Shown piece by piece: positions 31,868 to 40,836 of a stretch of DNA of 64,000 bases. The translations under genes and the position numbers were made by a program. Source of the stretch: Planctomycetota bacterium (lineage in GTDB: Bacteria; Planctomycetota; UBA1135; UBA2386); the NCBI GenBank assembly GCA_965228735.1, contig OZ245838.1, positions 4,544,001-4,608,000 on the forward strand, written 5' to 3'. The number at the start of each line of letters is the position of its first letter. Position 1 is the first letter of the stretch. The notes under the pieces were generated by a model. It made no database searches and was not told the DNA's origin. It saw only the letters and a list, made by a program, of their open reading frames with translations.

Positions 31868-33436
31868 GTGACGATCGGTTCTCCCGCGATCCGACTCCGC
31901 GACTTCGGCATCGCGCAGTTCCAGAGCAACGGCACCGTCCAGGAGCTGTTCGCCGGCGCGACGTTCGACCTCGCGGAACGCGGGTTCTACCTGTTCGTCG
32001 GCACGAGCGGCGGCGGCAAGTCGTCGCTGCTCAGGTTGCTCGCCGGGCTGATCGAAGCCCGCGAACCGCCGCCGCGGCTCGCGGGTGACCTCGACGTGCA
32101 CGGGGTGTCGATGCGCGGCGAGTATCCCGACGCGCTCCGTCGCACGACGGCGGCGATCCTGCAGGACGAAGGTCTGCTCGACGAGCTCTCACCGCGACAG
32201 AACGTCGAACTCGCGCTGCGCGCCGCCGGCCGTTCGACCCGCCTGGCACCGGCGCTGCTCGCCCAGGCCGGGATCGAACATCCACCGGCGCGGGTCGCGA
32301 TGCTGTCCGGCGGCATGCGCAAACGCGTTGCGGTCGCGCGCGCGATGGCGTCGGCGCCGCGGCTGTTGCTCTGCGACGAGCCGACGGCCGGTCTCGATCC
32401 CGAGTCGGCGCGTGCGATCGCGCAGGTGTTGCGCGACGCGCACGACGGCAGTCCGGATCGCACGACGATCATCGTGACCCACGACCTCGGCGCGTTCGAC
32501 GGTCTCGTCGACGGCGTGATCGTGCTCGATGGGCCGACCAGGACGCTGCGCCTCGAAGCAGGTAGCTATCGACCAGCGAACGCCGAACCGTCCGGGCCCG
32601 AGCCGGGCGCCGCGCGGGATGGGGCCGCGCGGGATGGGGTCACGCGGGCTGGGGTTCCGGCAACCGCAGCGACTCACGGCGGTGCGGCGTCGCGCTCGAT
32701 CCAACGCACGCTGCTGCGCATCACGGCCGTGCTCGAGACCGCACTCGAGGCCCTGCGACGCCTGCCGCCCGTCGAACTGCGCGAGACGGCGCGCACCGTG
32801 CTGCGCTTCGTGCTCGATCCGGCGCTGTTCGTCGCCCTGAGCGGTGCGGTGCTCGGCGGCCTCGCGACGTTCTTCGCGCTGCGCAACAACCCGGTCGAGG
32901 GCGCGTTCGAGGCGGCGTTGCTCACGGGCACGGGCAAGGTCGCGACCGCGGTGCTCGTGCCGCTGTTCGCCGGGTTCTTCTTCACCGCGCGGGTCGTCGC
33001 CGGGGCGGCGGCGCGGATCGGCACGATGAAGCGCACCAACCAGATCGCCGCGCTCACGATGATGGGTGTGCGACCGGCCGACTACCTGCTGACGCCGCTG
33101 GTCTGGGGGATGACCCTGGCGATGACCGTGGTCACGTTCGTCGGGGTCATCGCGGCGGCCGTCGCAGCCGCGTTCGCGAGCTGGCTCGTCGGCGGGTTCT
33201 CGGCCACGAGCTGGGCCGCGGCGTGGTTCGATGCGGTGACGGCGATTGACCTGATCCGCGTCATGGCCAAGACGGCGCTGTCGGGTTTCGCGACGGCCCT
33301 GTGCTGTTATCACCTTGCCATCGGTCCCAAGCGTTCGGGCGCGGAGGTCGGCGAGGCCGTCAACACGGCGATCGTGGCCGGCATGGGCGTGGTGTTGACC
33401 GTGCACGCGCTGCTGACGTTCTGGGCCTATTCCTGA
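31868..33436 (+). CDS. Fused ABC ATPase (MlaF-like) and MlaE-like permease
   Basis: GTSGGGKS, LSGGMRKRVAVARA, DEPTAGLDP, VTHD; then ARVVAGAAARIGTMKRTNQIAALTMMGVRPADYLLTP and GAEVGEAVNTAIV. Confidence 0.85.
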   Translation: MTIGSPAIRLRDFGIAQFQSNGTVQELFAGATFDLAERGFYLFVGTSGGGKSSLLRLLAGLIEAREPPPRLAGDLDVHGVSMRGEYPDALRRTTAAILQDEGLLDELSPRQNVELALRAAGRSTRLAPALLAQAGIEHPPARVAMLSGGMRKRVAVARAMASAPRLLLCDEPTAGLDPESARAIAQVLRDAHDGSPDRTTIIVTHDLGAFDGLVDGVIVLDGPTRTLRLEAGSYRPANAEPSGPEPGAARDGAARDGVTRAGVPATAATHGGAASRSIQRTLLRITAVLETALEALRRLPPVELRETARTVLRFVLDPALFVALSGAVLGGLATFFALRNNPVEGAFEAALLTGTGKVATAVLVPLFAGFFFTARVVAGAAARIGTMKRTNQIAALTMMGVRPADYLLTPLVWGMTLAMTVVTFVGVIAAAVAAAFASWLVGGFSATSWAAAWFDAVTAIDLIRVMAKTALSGFATALCCYHLAIGPKRSGAEVGEAVNTAIVAGMGVVLTVHALLTFWAYS

Positions 33437-33508
33437 GCCGATTCCGAGGTCGGGGCGTTGTCGCCGCGCGCCCTCAAGTGGCGCGCGCCGGACGTCGATG
33501 ATCCCGAT

Positions 33509-34102
33509 GTGAAGGGCATCGAGAAGCTGACATCGGTCCGGCTCGCCGAGATCCTGACGGAACGCGCGATCGTTCCCGGGGAGGCGATCTCGGATGCGCT
33601 CTATGCGCAAGAACGCCACGGCGAACCGTTCGCCGAGGTCCTGATCAACGGCGGTCACATCACCGAGTGGGACCTGTCGAAGATCGTCGCCGAGTCGTTC
33701 AACCTGCCGTTCCTGATGGCCGGCAACTACCAGATCGAGGATGCCGCGAAAGAGCGCCTGCCGCAGGAAGTGCTGTTCCAGCACATGCTCGTGCCGCTCG
33801 ACGTCTTCGACGACATCATCGTCGTGTCCATGCCCGTGATCATGCCGTTCGAGCAGATCATGAAGGTGCAGAAGGCGCACTCGTGCGAGATCTTCCCCTA
33901 CGTCGGGCTGATCTCCGAGAACAAGCGCATCCTCGGCGACATGCACGACGACTACGGCAAGTGGCTCGACGAGGAGACGCAGCGGCGCGCCACTGCGGCG
34001 AAGCAACGTGAGTCCAACCCCGGCAAGGGCGGCGCCGAGAGCGACTGGATGAGCATCTTCGACGCCGGCGACCAGGCCATCAAGGCGACGAAGGACGACT
34101 GA
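33509..34102 (+). CDS. Stand-alone GspE/PilB N-terminal (MshEN/T2SSE_N-like) domain protein
   Basis: RLAEILTERAIV..ISDALYAQ...FAEVLINGGHITE..L...FNLPF and LVPLD. The start is uncertain (33458 TTG or 33509 GTG). Confidence 0.7.
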   Translation: MKGIEKLTSVRLAEILTERAIVPGEAISDALYAQERHGEPFAEVLINGGHITEWDLSKIVAESFNLPFLMAGNYQIEDAAKERLPQEVLFQHMLVPLDVFDDIIVVSMPVIMPFEQIMKVQKAHSCEIFPYVGLISENKRILGDMHDDYGKWLDEETQRRATAAKQRESNPGKGGAESDWMSIFDAGDQAIKATKDD

Positions 34103-34105
34103 GCT

Positions 34106-34603
34106 TCAGCGCCGCGGCTGGCTGCCCGGCGGCGAACTACCCGGCGACGCGCTGTCGTTCTGGCCGTCGGCCGGCTCGCTGCCGTTGTCGGCGTGACCGT
34201 TCACGTCGGACGCCCCGTTGCGGCCGGCTTCGCCGTTGGTGCTCCCGTCGCCAGACTCGGCCTCGGGCGGCCCATTCTCCGCGGGCAGGGACGATGACAA
34301 CGCCTCGTTCGTGAGGCCCCGCAGCTCCGACGTCACGGCGGCGCCGGGGTTCTTGATCGTCTGCCGCAGCTTGGTCGTGCGCTTGATCTCGTCCTTCGTC
34401 GACTGCAGCGTCCGCTTCATCTCGCTGAGGTCGGCGTCGCGGTTCATCTGGTCCTTGAACTCGTTGAACCCGCGCCGGAGCTGCGATGTGACCTTCCCCA
34501 GCGTCCGGCCGGCCTCGGGCAGATTGCGCCCGTAGAGCAGCAGGCCGATCACCAGGAGGACGAACATCTCCTGGAAGCCGAGGGAGGGGAGGATCGCGAG
34601 CAC
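34106..34603 (-). CDS. Twin-arginine translocase TatA/TatB family subunit
   Basis: LGFQEMFVLLVIGLLLYGRNLPEAGRTLGK...RRGF; polar tail; GTG start. Confidence 0.85.
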   Translation of the reverse strand: MLAILPSLGFQEMFVLLVIGLLLYGRNLPEAGRTLGKVTSQLRRGFNEFKDQMNRDADLSEMKRTLQSTKDEIKRTTKLRQTIKNPGAAVTSELRGLTNEALSSSLPAENGPPEAESGDGSTNGEAGRNGASDVNGHADNGSEPADGQNDSASPGSSPPGSQPRR

Positions 34604-34660
34604 GCGGGCAGCATAGCGCGCTGGAACTCGGTTTGGCGGGTCTCTAACGTGTTTGCCCCG

Positions 34661-36253
34661 ATGAGTGACAAGCCCATTTTCGCGCTGGAACGGCTCACCA
34701 AGAGCTATCAGGGCAAGAAGCCCGTTCTGAACGACATCAGCCTCGTGTTCCTCGAGAACGCCAAGATCGGCGTGATCGGCCAGAACGGCGCCGGCAAGTC
34801 CACGCTGCTGCGCATCATGGCGGGCGTGGACAAGGAGTACGAGGGCACGGCCCGGCTCGCGGACGGCAAGACCGTCGGCTACGTGCCGCAGGAGCCGAAG
34901 CTCATCGAGGACCTGTCGGTGCGCGACAACGTCGAGAAAGCCGTCGAGCCGATCCGCAACCTCCTGAAGCAGCACGAGGAGGTCAGCATGAAGCTCGGCG
35001 AGGACCTCGACGACAAGGCGATGGCCAGGGTCATGGAGGAGTTCGAACGCCTGCAGCACGAGATCGACAGCAAAGACGCGTGGGAGATCGACCGCCACGT
35101 CGAGACCGCGATGACCAAGCTGCACCTGCCGGCCGGCGACAAGATGGTCAGCGAGTGTTCGGGTGGTGAGCGCCGTCGTGTGGCGCTGTGCCGCACGCTG
35201 CTCGAGCATCCCGACCTGCTGCTGCTCGACGAACCGACCAACCACCTCGACGTCGAGACGGTGAGCTGGCTCGAGGACACGCTCGCGGAATACAAGGGCA
35301 CCGTCGTGGTCATCACCCACGATCGCTTCTTCCTCGACAACGTCGTCGGTTGGATGCTCGAGATCTGGCACGGCCGCGCGGTCCCGTACCAGGGCAACTA
35401 CTCCGAGTACCTGATCCAGCGCAGCAAGCGCATGCAGCAACAGGAACAGCAGGAGCAGAAGCGCGGCAAGTTCCTGGAGCGTGAGCTCGAGTGGATCCGC
35501 ATGAACCCGAAGGCGCGGTCCACGAAGAACAAGTCACGTCTGAAGAACTACGACAAGATGATGGAGCAGGAGGTCGAGGAGAAGGACGACACGGTCGAGC
35601 TCCACATCCCGGCCGGCAAGCGCCTCGGCGACACCGTCATTCGCTTCGAGAAGGTCGACTTCTCCTACGACGGCGAGCGCAACGTGCTCGAGAACTTCTC
35701 GTTCGACATGCAGCCGGGCGACATCCTCGGCATCGTCGGCCCCAACGGCACGGGCAAGACCACGTGCCTCAAGCTCATCACGGGCCGGATCGAGCCGACC
35801 GCCGGCAAGGTGACGATCGGCAAGACCGTCGATCTCTGCCACGTCGATCAGGAACGCGAGACGCTCGACCCCGAGAAGTCGGTCTGGGAGGAGATCTCCG
35901 AGGGTCAGGACATCATCCGCCTCGGGAAGCACGAGCTGAACAGCCGCAGCTACGTCGCCAAGTTCAACTTCACGGGCAGCGACCAGCAGCAGAAGGTCGG
36001 CTCCCTGTCGGGTGGTCAGCGCAACCGCGTCCAGCTCGCCAAGATGCTCCGCCGCGGCGGCAACGTGATCCTGCTCGACGAACCGACCAACGACCTCGAC
36101 CTCGACACGCTGCGCGTCCTCGAAGAAGGCATCCAAGAGTTCCCGGGCTGCATGGTGATCGTCTCCCACGATCGCTACTTCCTCGACCGCGTCTGCACCA
36201 AGATCCTCGACCTCGGCAACTACGAGCCGGGCAAGTACCTGGACAGTCTGTAG
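34661..36253 (+). CDS. ettA: Energy-dependent translational throttle ABC-F protein EttA
   Basis: AKIGVIGQNGAGKS, SGGERRRVALC, LDEPTNHLD, ELEWIR..PKAR, LSGGQRNRV. Confidence 0.92.
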   Translation: MSDKPIFALERLTKSYQGKKPVLNDISLVFLENAKIGVIGQNGAGKSTLLRIMAGVDKEYEGTARLADGKTVGYVPQEPKLIEDLSVRDNVEKAVEPIRNLLKQHEEVSMKLGEDLDDKAMARVMEEFERLQHEIDSKDAWEIDRHVETAMTKLHLPAGDKMVSECSGGERRRVALCRTLLEHPDLLLLDEPTNHLDVETVSWLEDTLAEYKGTVVVITHDRFFLDNVVGWMLEIWHGRAVPYQGNYSEYLIQRSKRMQQQEQQEQKRGKFLERELEWIRMNPKARSTKNKSRLKNYDKMMEQEVEEKDDTVELHIPAGKRLGDTVIRFEKVDFSYDGERNVLENFSFDMQPGDILGIVGPNGTGKTTCLKLITGRIEPTAGKVTIGKTVDLCHVDQERETLDPEKSVWEEISEGQDIIRLGKHELNSRSYVAKFNFTGSDQQQKVGSLSGGQRNRVQLAKMLRRGGNVILLDEPTNDLDLDTLRVLEEGIQEFPGCMVIVSHDRYFLDRVCTKILDLGNYEPGKYLDSL

Positions 36254-36275
36254 CTCGTGGCGGCTCGCGGACGCG

Positions 36276-36902
36276 TCAGCGCTTGAAGCCGACGAAGAAG
36301 CCCGTCGCGACGAGCGCGGCTGCGGGCAGGCTGCCGGTCACGAACGACTGGAAGCTCTGCCACTCGCTCTCGATCGCCGTCATGAAGTGCGTCCACAGGT
36401 CGTCGATGCCCTGCCAGTTGACGACCAGCAGATCGTAGTAGGCCAGCACGAGAGTGGCCGCGAGCCAGAAGCCGAACGCGATCGCCGCGAAGCGGATCGT
36501 CGTGCGCAGGAAGCTGCCGAGCGCGAAGCCGACGACGAAGCTGAAGCCGAGGCGGAAGATGCCCTTGGCGGTCGGCTCCTCCGCGGGCGCCGGGGTGCCG
36601 GTGCCGCCGGTGCCGCCGCCGCCTTCCGGCATCAGACCCGACTGCAGTGCGCTGCCGGCGCCGCTCGTGCCGCCCGGGGTCGCGGACGACGCGGGGGCCG
36701 TCGCGCCGCCCGGGTCGACCAGCATGAGCACGCCGCCGGTCACGATCACGGCGCCCGCCGCGAGCAGCGAGATCTTCTTCCAGCGCGGCAGATCCGTGAC
36801 CCACTGCTTGGGGTTCAGGCTCGGCCCGTCGGTGCCGGCCGTCGCCTTCGCGCCTCTGGTCGATTCGCTGGCGGGCTGCTCGTAGTCGGAATCGTCGGTC
36901 AT
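36276..36902 (-). CDS. FUN14-family membrane protein
   Basis: GFSFVVGFALGSFLR...LAYYDLLVVNW, SLPAAALVATGFFVGFK. Confidence 0.7.
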   Translation of the reverse strand: MTDDSDYEQPASESTRGAKATAGTDGPSLNPKQWVTDLPRWKKISLLAAGAVIVTGGVLMLVDPGGATAPASSATPGGTSGAGSALQSGLMPEGGGGTGGTGTPAPAEEPTAKGIFRLGFSFVVGFALGSFLRTTIRFAAIAFGFWLAATLVLAYYDLLVVNWQGIDDLWTHFMTAIESEWQSFQSFVTGSLPAAALVATGFFVGFKR

Positions 36903-37036
36903 CGTGCGCTGTTCTAACCAGAAACCGCCCTGCTGGGCCAGCGGGCGCATCCGGTGGGGCCGCATAACGGGTTTGTGCTTGAGCGACAGCGCCGGCCCGG
37001 GTTTCGTGTTCGGCCCGATTCCCACAGGAGACGACC

Positions 37037-38071
37037 ATGCAATTCACTCGCACGATCGTTGCCGGACTCGCGACTGCTGCCCTCGCCATGGCACAGGACC
37101 GCGTGACCCTGAGCAACGGAGATGTCCTCACCGGCCGCGTCAAGACCATGGCCGACGGCTATGTCACGATCGCTTCCCCCGTCCTCGGCGACGTGAAGGT
37201 GAAGCTGATCGAGATCGACAACATGGTGACCGAAGCCGAGATCGAGCTTCGCACCGTCAATGGCGAAACGTTCAAACGCCGCGTCGCCGGCATCGAGAAC
37301 GACAACTTCCGCCTCGAGGGCGACATTCCGGCGCTCGCCGTGAAGAGCGTCGAAGCGATCAACCCGCCGCCGAAGGCGCCGCCGCAGTGGACCGGCTCGG
37401 TGTCGCTCAACGGCCTGTGGATCGACGGCAACACGCGCCGGCGCACGGTGGGCCTCGTCGGTGAGGCGCAGCGCGAGAGCGAGATCGATCGCTTCCTGCT
37501 CGACGTCTACTGGGACTATGCCGAGGACAACCCGCAGGCGCCGACCAACAACGGCGTGCCGCAGGCCGAATGGGACCTGCAGCAGCGGCGCGTCGGTGGT
37601 GGTCTCAAGTACGACTACTTCCTCGGCGATCGCTGGTATGCGCTCGCGACGACCCGCGTGCTCGGTGACACGTTCGCCGACATCGAGTTGCGTTACACCG
37701 CCGGCCTCGGTGTCGGCTACACGGTGGTCGACACCAAGACGACATCGCTGACGACGGAAGCCGGCCTGTCGTACTTCAACGAGAGCTACCGCTCGGCGAC
37801 TCCGACGCAGGACTACCTCGCGGCGCGCATCGCGTACCGGCTGCGGCGCCAGGTCAGCGATCGCACGGCGTTCAAGCACAGCGTCGAGGCGTTCCCGTCC
37901 CTCGAGGACTCGGACGACATTTACCTCCAGCTGCGCGCCGAACTGATCAACAACCTGACCGACAACATGATCGCGACGCTGTCATGGGTCATGGACTACG
38001 ACAACACGCCGTCGCCGGGCTTCAAGCGCGCCGACCATCGCGTGATGCTGTCGGTCGGCTGGGCCTTCTGA
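37037..38071 (+). CDS. DUF481 outer-membrane beta-barrel protein
   Basis: Signal peptide, DRVTLSNGDVLTG, W.GSVSL..GN, YDNTPSPG, C-terminal VGWAF; AGGAG RBS. Confidence 0.85.
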   Translation: MQFTRTIVAGLATAALAMAQDRVTLSNGDVLTGRVKTMADGYVTIASPVLGDVKVKLIEIDNMVTEAEIELRTVNGETFKRRVAGIENDNFRLEGDIPALAVKSVEAINPPPKAPPQWTGSVSLNGLWIDGNTRRRTVGLVGEAQRESEIDRFLLDVYWDYAEDNPQAPTNNGVPQAEWDLQQRRVGGGLKYDYFLGDRWYALATTRVLGDTFADIELRYTAGLGVGYTVVDTKTTSLTTEAGLSYFNESYRSATPTQDYLAARIAYRLRRQVSDRTAFKHSVEAFPSLEDSDDIYLQLRAELINNLTDNMIATLSWVMDYDNTPSPGFKRADHRVMLSVGWAF

Positions 38072-38081
38072 GCGCGGTTGC

Positions 38082-38227
38082 TCGCGGAGCGAGCAAACGC
38101 GCTCAGGACCTCGCCGCGCTCCTTCGGAGCGCCGCTCCGGTTCTGAGCACGGCTCGTTGGTCGCGGAGCGGGTGAATTCGCTCAGGACCTCGCCGTGCTC
38201 CTTCGGAGCGGCGCTTCGGTTCTGAGC
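38082..38227. repeat. Two ~67-bp imperfect direct repeats (period 79), each a nested hairpin (REP/BIME-like)
   Basis: 38082-38148 and 38161-38227; GCTCAG...GCTCC-TTC-GGAGC...CTGAGC; between convergent genes. Confidence 0.8.
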
Positions 38228-38325
38228 GTCGCTTTGGTCTGAGCGCGGCTTCGGTTGTGAGCTGGGCCTCCTGGCCGGCTATTCGGAGCTGATCTCTCAG
38301 CTCTGGGTCCCCGATCCTGAGGGTC

Positions 38326-40836
38326 TCAGTATTGGGTCGCGAAGTTCGCGTCGTGCAGATGCGAACCGCCGAACCGCTGGTTGCGTGACCGGGCGAAGCC
38401 CGGCAGGGTCGGCACGAACTCGAACCGGACCGTCGTCTGGTCCTGGAACGGGTCGTAGTTGGCCGTGAGCGCGATCGACCAGTCGAGGTCGTTGCGCCGG
38501 ATGCCGAACGAATAGGTCAGCCAGTCGTCGCGGTCGAGGTCGTAGAGACTGCCCGCGACGAGATCCCAGCGGTCGAACGCGCGGGTCATGGCCGACAGAC
38601 CGACCGCGCCGTCGACCATCGCGTCGGTGCGGTACTCGAGTGTCCACGTGAGCCCCGCGATGCGACCGAACTGCAGTTCGGTGTCGAGCGTGCGACGCCC
38701 GTCGTCCCAGTCGTGATCGCCGTAGAGCGCGAGCGTCAGGGTGTCGAGCGGCGTCCACCCCGGGTCCGGCCGGTAGATGAGGTCGTAGTAAAACAGGCCC
38801 AGCTCGTCGCCGCCGTTGTCGCGCGACGCATCGGGCCAGAAGTCCTGCGCGAGGTCGAGCAGCAGGAAGTCCCGGCTCGCGGTCGTGCCGTCCGGTTGGT
38901 TCTTCTGCAGCAGGTTGCGCAGCTCGAAGCGGACGAGCGTCTGCTCTGCGAGCGCGTCCGTGCCGTCGAACTGGAACAGCTCCGAGGCGTTGTCGTCGAC
39001 GTGAAAGCGATCGATGAGGAACACGCGCGGCGCGATGACGTGGCGGATCGACGTTGGCCCGTCGCTGCCGACCCACGAAAAATCGCGCGACAACCGGGTG
39101 CCGGCCTCGATGCCGGCCGTGAGCGCGACCCGCGACTCGTTGTCGCCGGCGATCGTGTTGTCGTAGAACGTGCCGCGCGTGGCGACGAACGGCCGCACGT
39201 TGATCGGTCCGAGCGCGAAGGGCGCCGAGATCTCGATGTCCTGATCCGCGCGGAACGTCCGGTCGCTGACGCGCGAGCCGAAGCGGTCGTCGAAGTTGCT
39301 GCGGCGCTGGCCGAGCTCGGTCGCGGCGTCGAGGATGATCGGCGTCTCCCACGGCGTCTCGCCGATCGGCTGCGCGAGCCAGTTCCAGGTGACGACGGGC
39401 AGCTCCTCGACGAACCGCGGCGCGAGCCCGCGGTCGCTGCGGTACGAGAAGTCGTCGAGCGTCGACCGCGTCCCGAAGGTGATGATGTGGTTGTCGGTCT
39501 GGTGATAGAGGAACGCGCTCGTCTCGGGGCGTTCGTTCTCGCGGTAGTCGACGGCGAAGAACTCGGACAGCACCGCCGCGTCGGTCGCCGAGAACGCCTG
39601 CAGATCGAGGTGCGTGGACTCACCGATCTGGAAGCGGTTCTCGCTGCGGATCAGCCCGCGGCTCTCCGTCGCGATGAGGCTGCCGTCGATGTTGCGCTGG
39701 ATCTCGCGGATGTTGGGGCCGCGATCGTCCATGTAGTAGGCCTCGGTGCGACCGCTGTAGAGCCCGGGCACCGAGTACATCAGACGCGGGTTGACCGGCG
39801 TGCCGCGCGTCTCCCAGTAGCCGAGTCCGAGTTCCCAGTCGCCGCGGAACTCGCTCGCCGGCCGCCCGGTCAGGAACTCGTGGATCGCGCCGCCCGTCGT
39901 GTTCCACGGCAGCCCGAGCACGACCTCGGCGCGCACGCCCTCGCGCCGCGAGTAGGTCCCGCTCATGCGCTTGATCGGGAACTGGCTCTGGCTGCCGGTG
40001 AAGAAGTGCGCGTCGGGCAGTGGCAGCACGTTCACGCTGCTGAGCTGCAGCGCGAGGTCGCGGCCGAAGATTTCGAGCTCGGTCGCGCGTTCGATGATCT
40101 CGGCCTCGCCGATCGCAAAGGCGACCTGCGGCTCTGCCGCCGGGCACGTCGTGACCGTCAGATCGCGCCCCGTCCAGCGAATGCCGGACTTCTGCAGGCG
40201 CGGGCCACGGATCGTGACCGTCATCGCTTCACCGCCGGACTCGCCGGCGTAGCGGAGCTCGACCTCCTCGGCGACGACGCGGTCTTCGAGCGGCGCCATC
40301 CAGAGCCGGCTGCAGCGGACGACTTCGAGGCCGCCCCGAAGCACCGTGATGCCGCCTTCGAAATAGAGGAAGCGCAGGACGTCGAGGGCACCCGCGATGT
40401 TGCCGGAGGTCTGGATCGGGGTGTCCTGGCCGAAGGTCCGCATCGTCCGTTCGATCCGGGCGACCATCTGGTCGCTGCCGAGCTTGCGCCGCGGCTCGGG
40501 TGGCGCGACCCCGCGTCGCGGCAGCCCACCGGACCGCCGGTTCATGAACTCGCGGGCGTCGATGTCGGTCAGAAGGACGGCGGTGCGGCCGCGAACCTCG
40601 AGGCCGAGGTGCGGCACCCGAAAGACGAAGCCGCCCGTGGCGCGCCACTCTTCGTGATCACCCGTCGTGGTCTTGTCGAAGCCCGCGTAGGTCAGGTCGT
40701 AGGAGAACCGCTGTCGCGCCGGCGCGGCCTGCTGGTCGGTCGCCTCGTCCTCGGTGCGAGCGACGTCTTGTGCCGGCACGGTGCCCGCGACGCCCGCGAT
40801 CGCCCACGCCATCACCAACGCGCGGGCTGCCGTCAC
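38326..40836 (-). CDS. lptD: LPS assembly outer-membrane protein LptD-like
   Basis: Signal peptide, TVTTCP..EP, VLPLP, RHVIAP, beta-strand-rich barrel; GTGA overlap with the upstream gene; in the kds operon. Confidence 0.75.
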   Translation of the reverse strand: MTAARALVMAWAIAGVAGTVPAQDVARTEDEATDQQAAPARQRFSYDLTYAGFDKTTTGDHEEWRATGGFVFRVPHLGLEVRGRTAVLLTDIDAREFMNRRSGGLPRRGVAPPEPRRKLGSDQMVARIERTMRTFGQDTPIQTSGNIAGALDVLRFLYFEGGITVLRGGLEVVRCSRLWMAPLEDRVVAEEVELRYAGESGGEAMTVTIRGPRLQKSGIRWTGRDLTVTTCPAAEPQVAFAIGEAEIIERATELEIFGRDLALQLSSVNVLPLPDAHFFTGSQSQFPIKRMSGTYSRREGVRAEVVLGLPWNTTGGAIHEFLTGRPASEFRGDWELGLGYWETRGTPVNPRLMYSVPGLYSGRTEAYYMDDRGPNIREIQRNIDGSLIATESRGLIRSENRFQIGESTHLDLQAFSATDAAVLSEFFAVDYRENERPETSAFLYHQTDNHIITFGTRSTLDDFSYRSDRGLAPRFVEELPVVTWNWLAQPIGETPWETPIILDAATELGQRRSNFDDRFGSRVSDRTFRADQDIEISAPFALGPINVRPFVATRGTFYDNTIAGDNESRVALTAGIEAGTRLSRDFSWVGSDGPTSIRHVIAPRVFLIDRFHVDDNASELFQFDGTDALAEQTLVRFELRNLLQKNQPDGTTASRDFLLLDLAQDFWPDASRDNGGDELGLFYYDLIYRPDPGWTPLDTLTLALYGDHDWDDGRRTLDTELQFGRIAGLTWTLEYRTDAMVDGAVGLSAMTRAFDRWDLVAGSLYDLDRDDWLTYSFGIRRNDLDWSIALTANYDPFQDQTTVRFEFVPTLPGFARSRNQRFGGSHLHDANFATQY

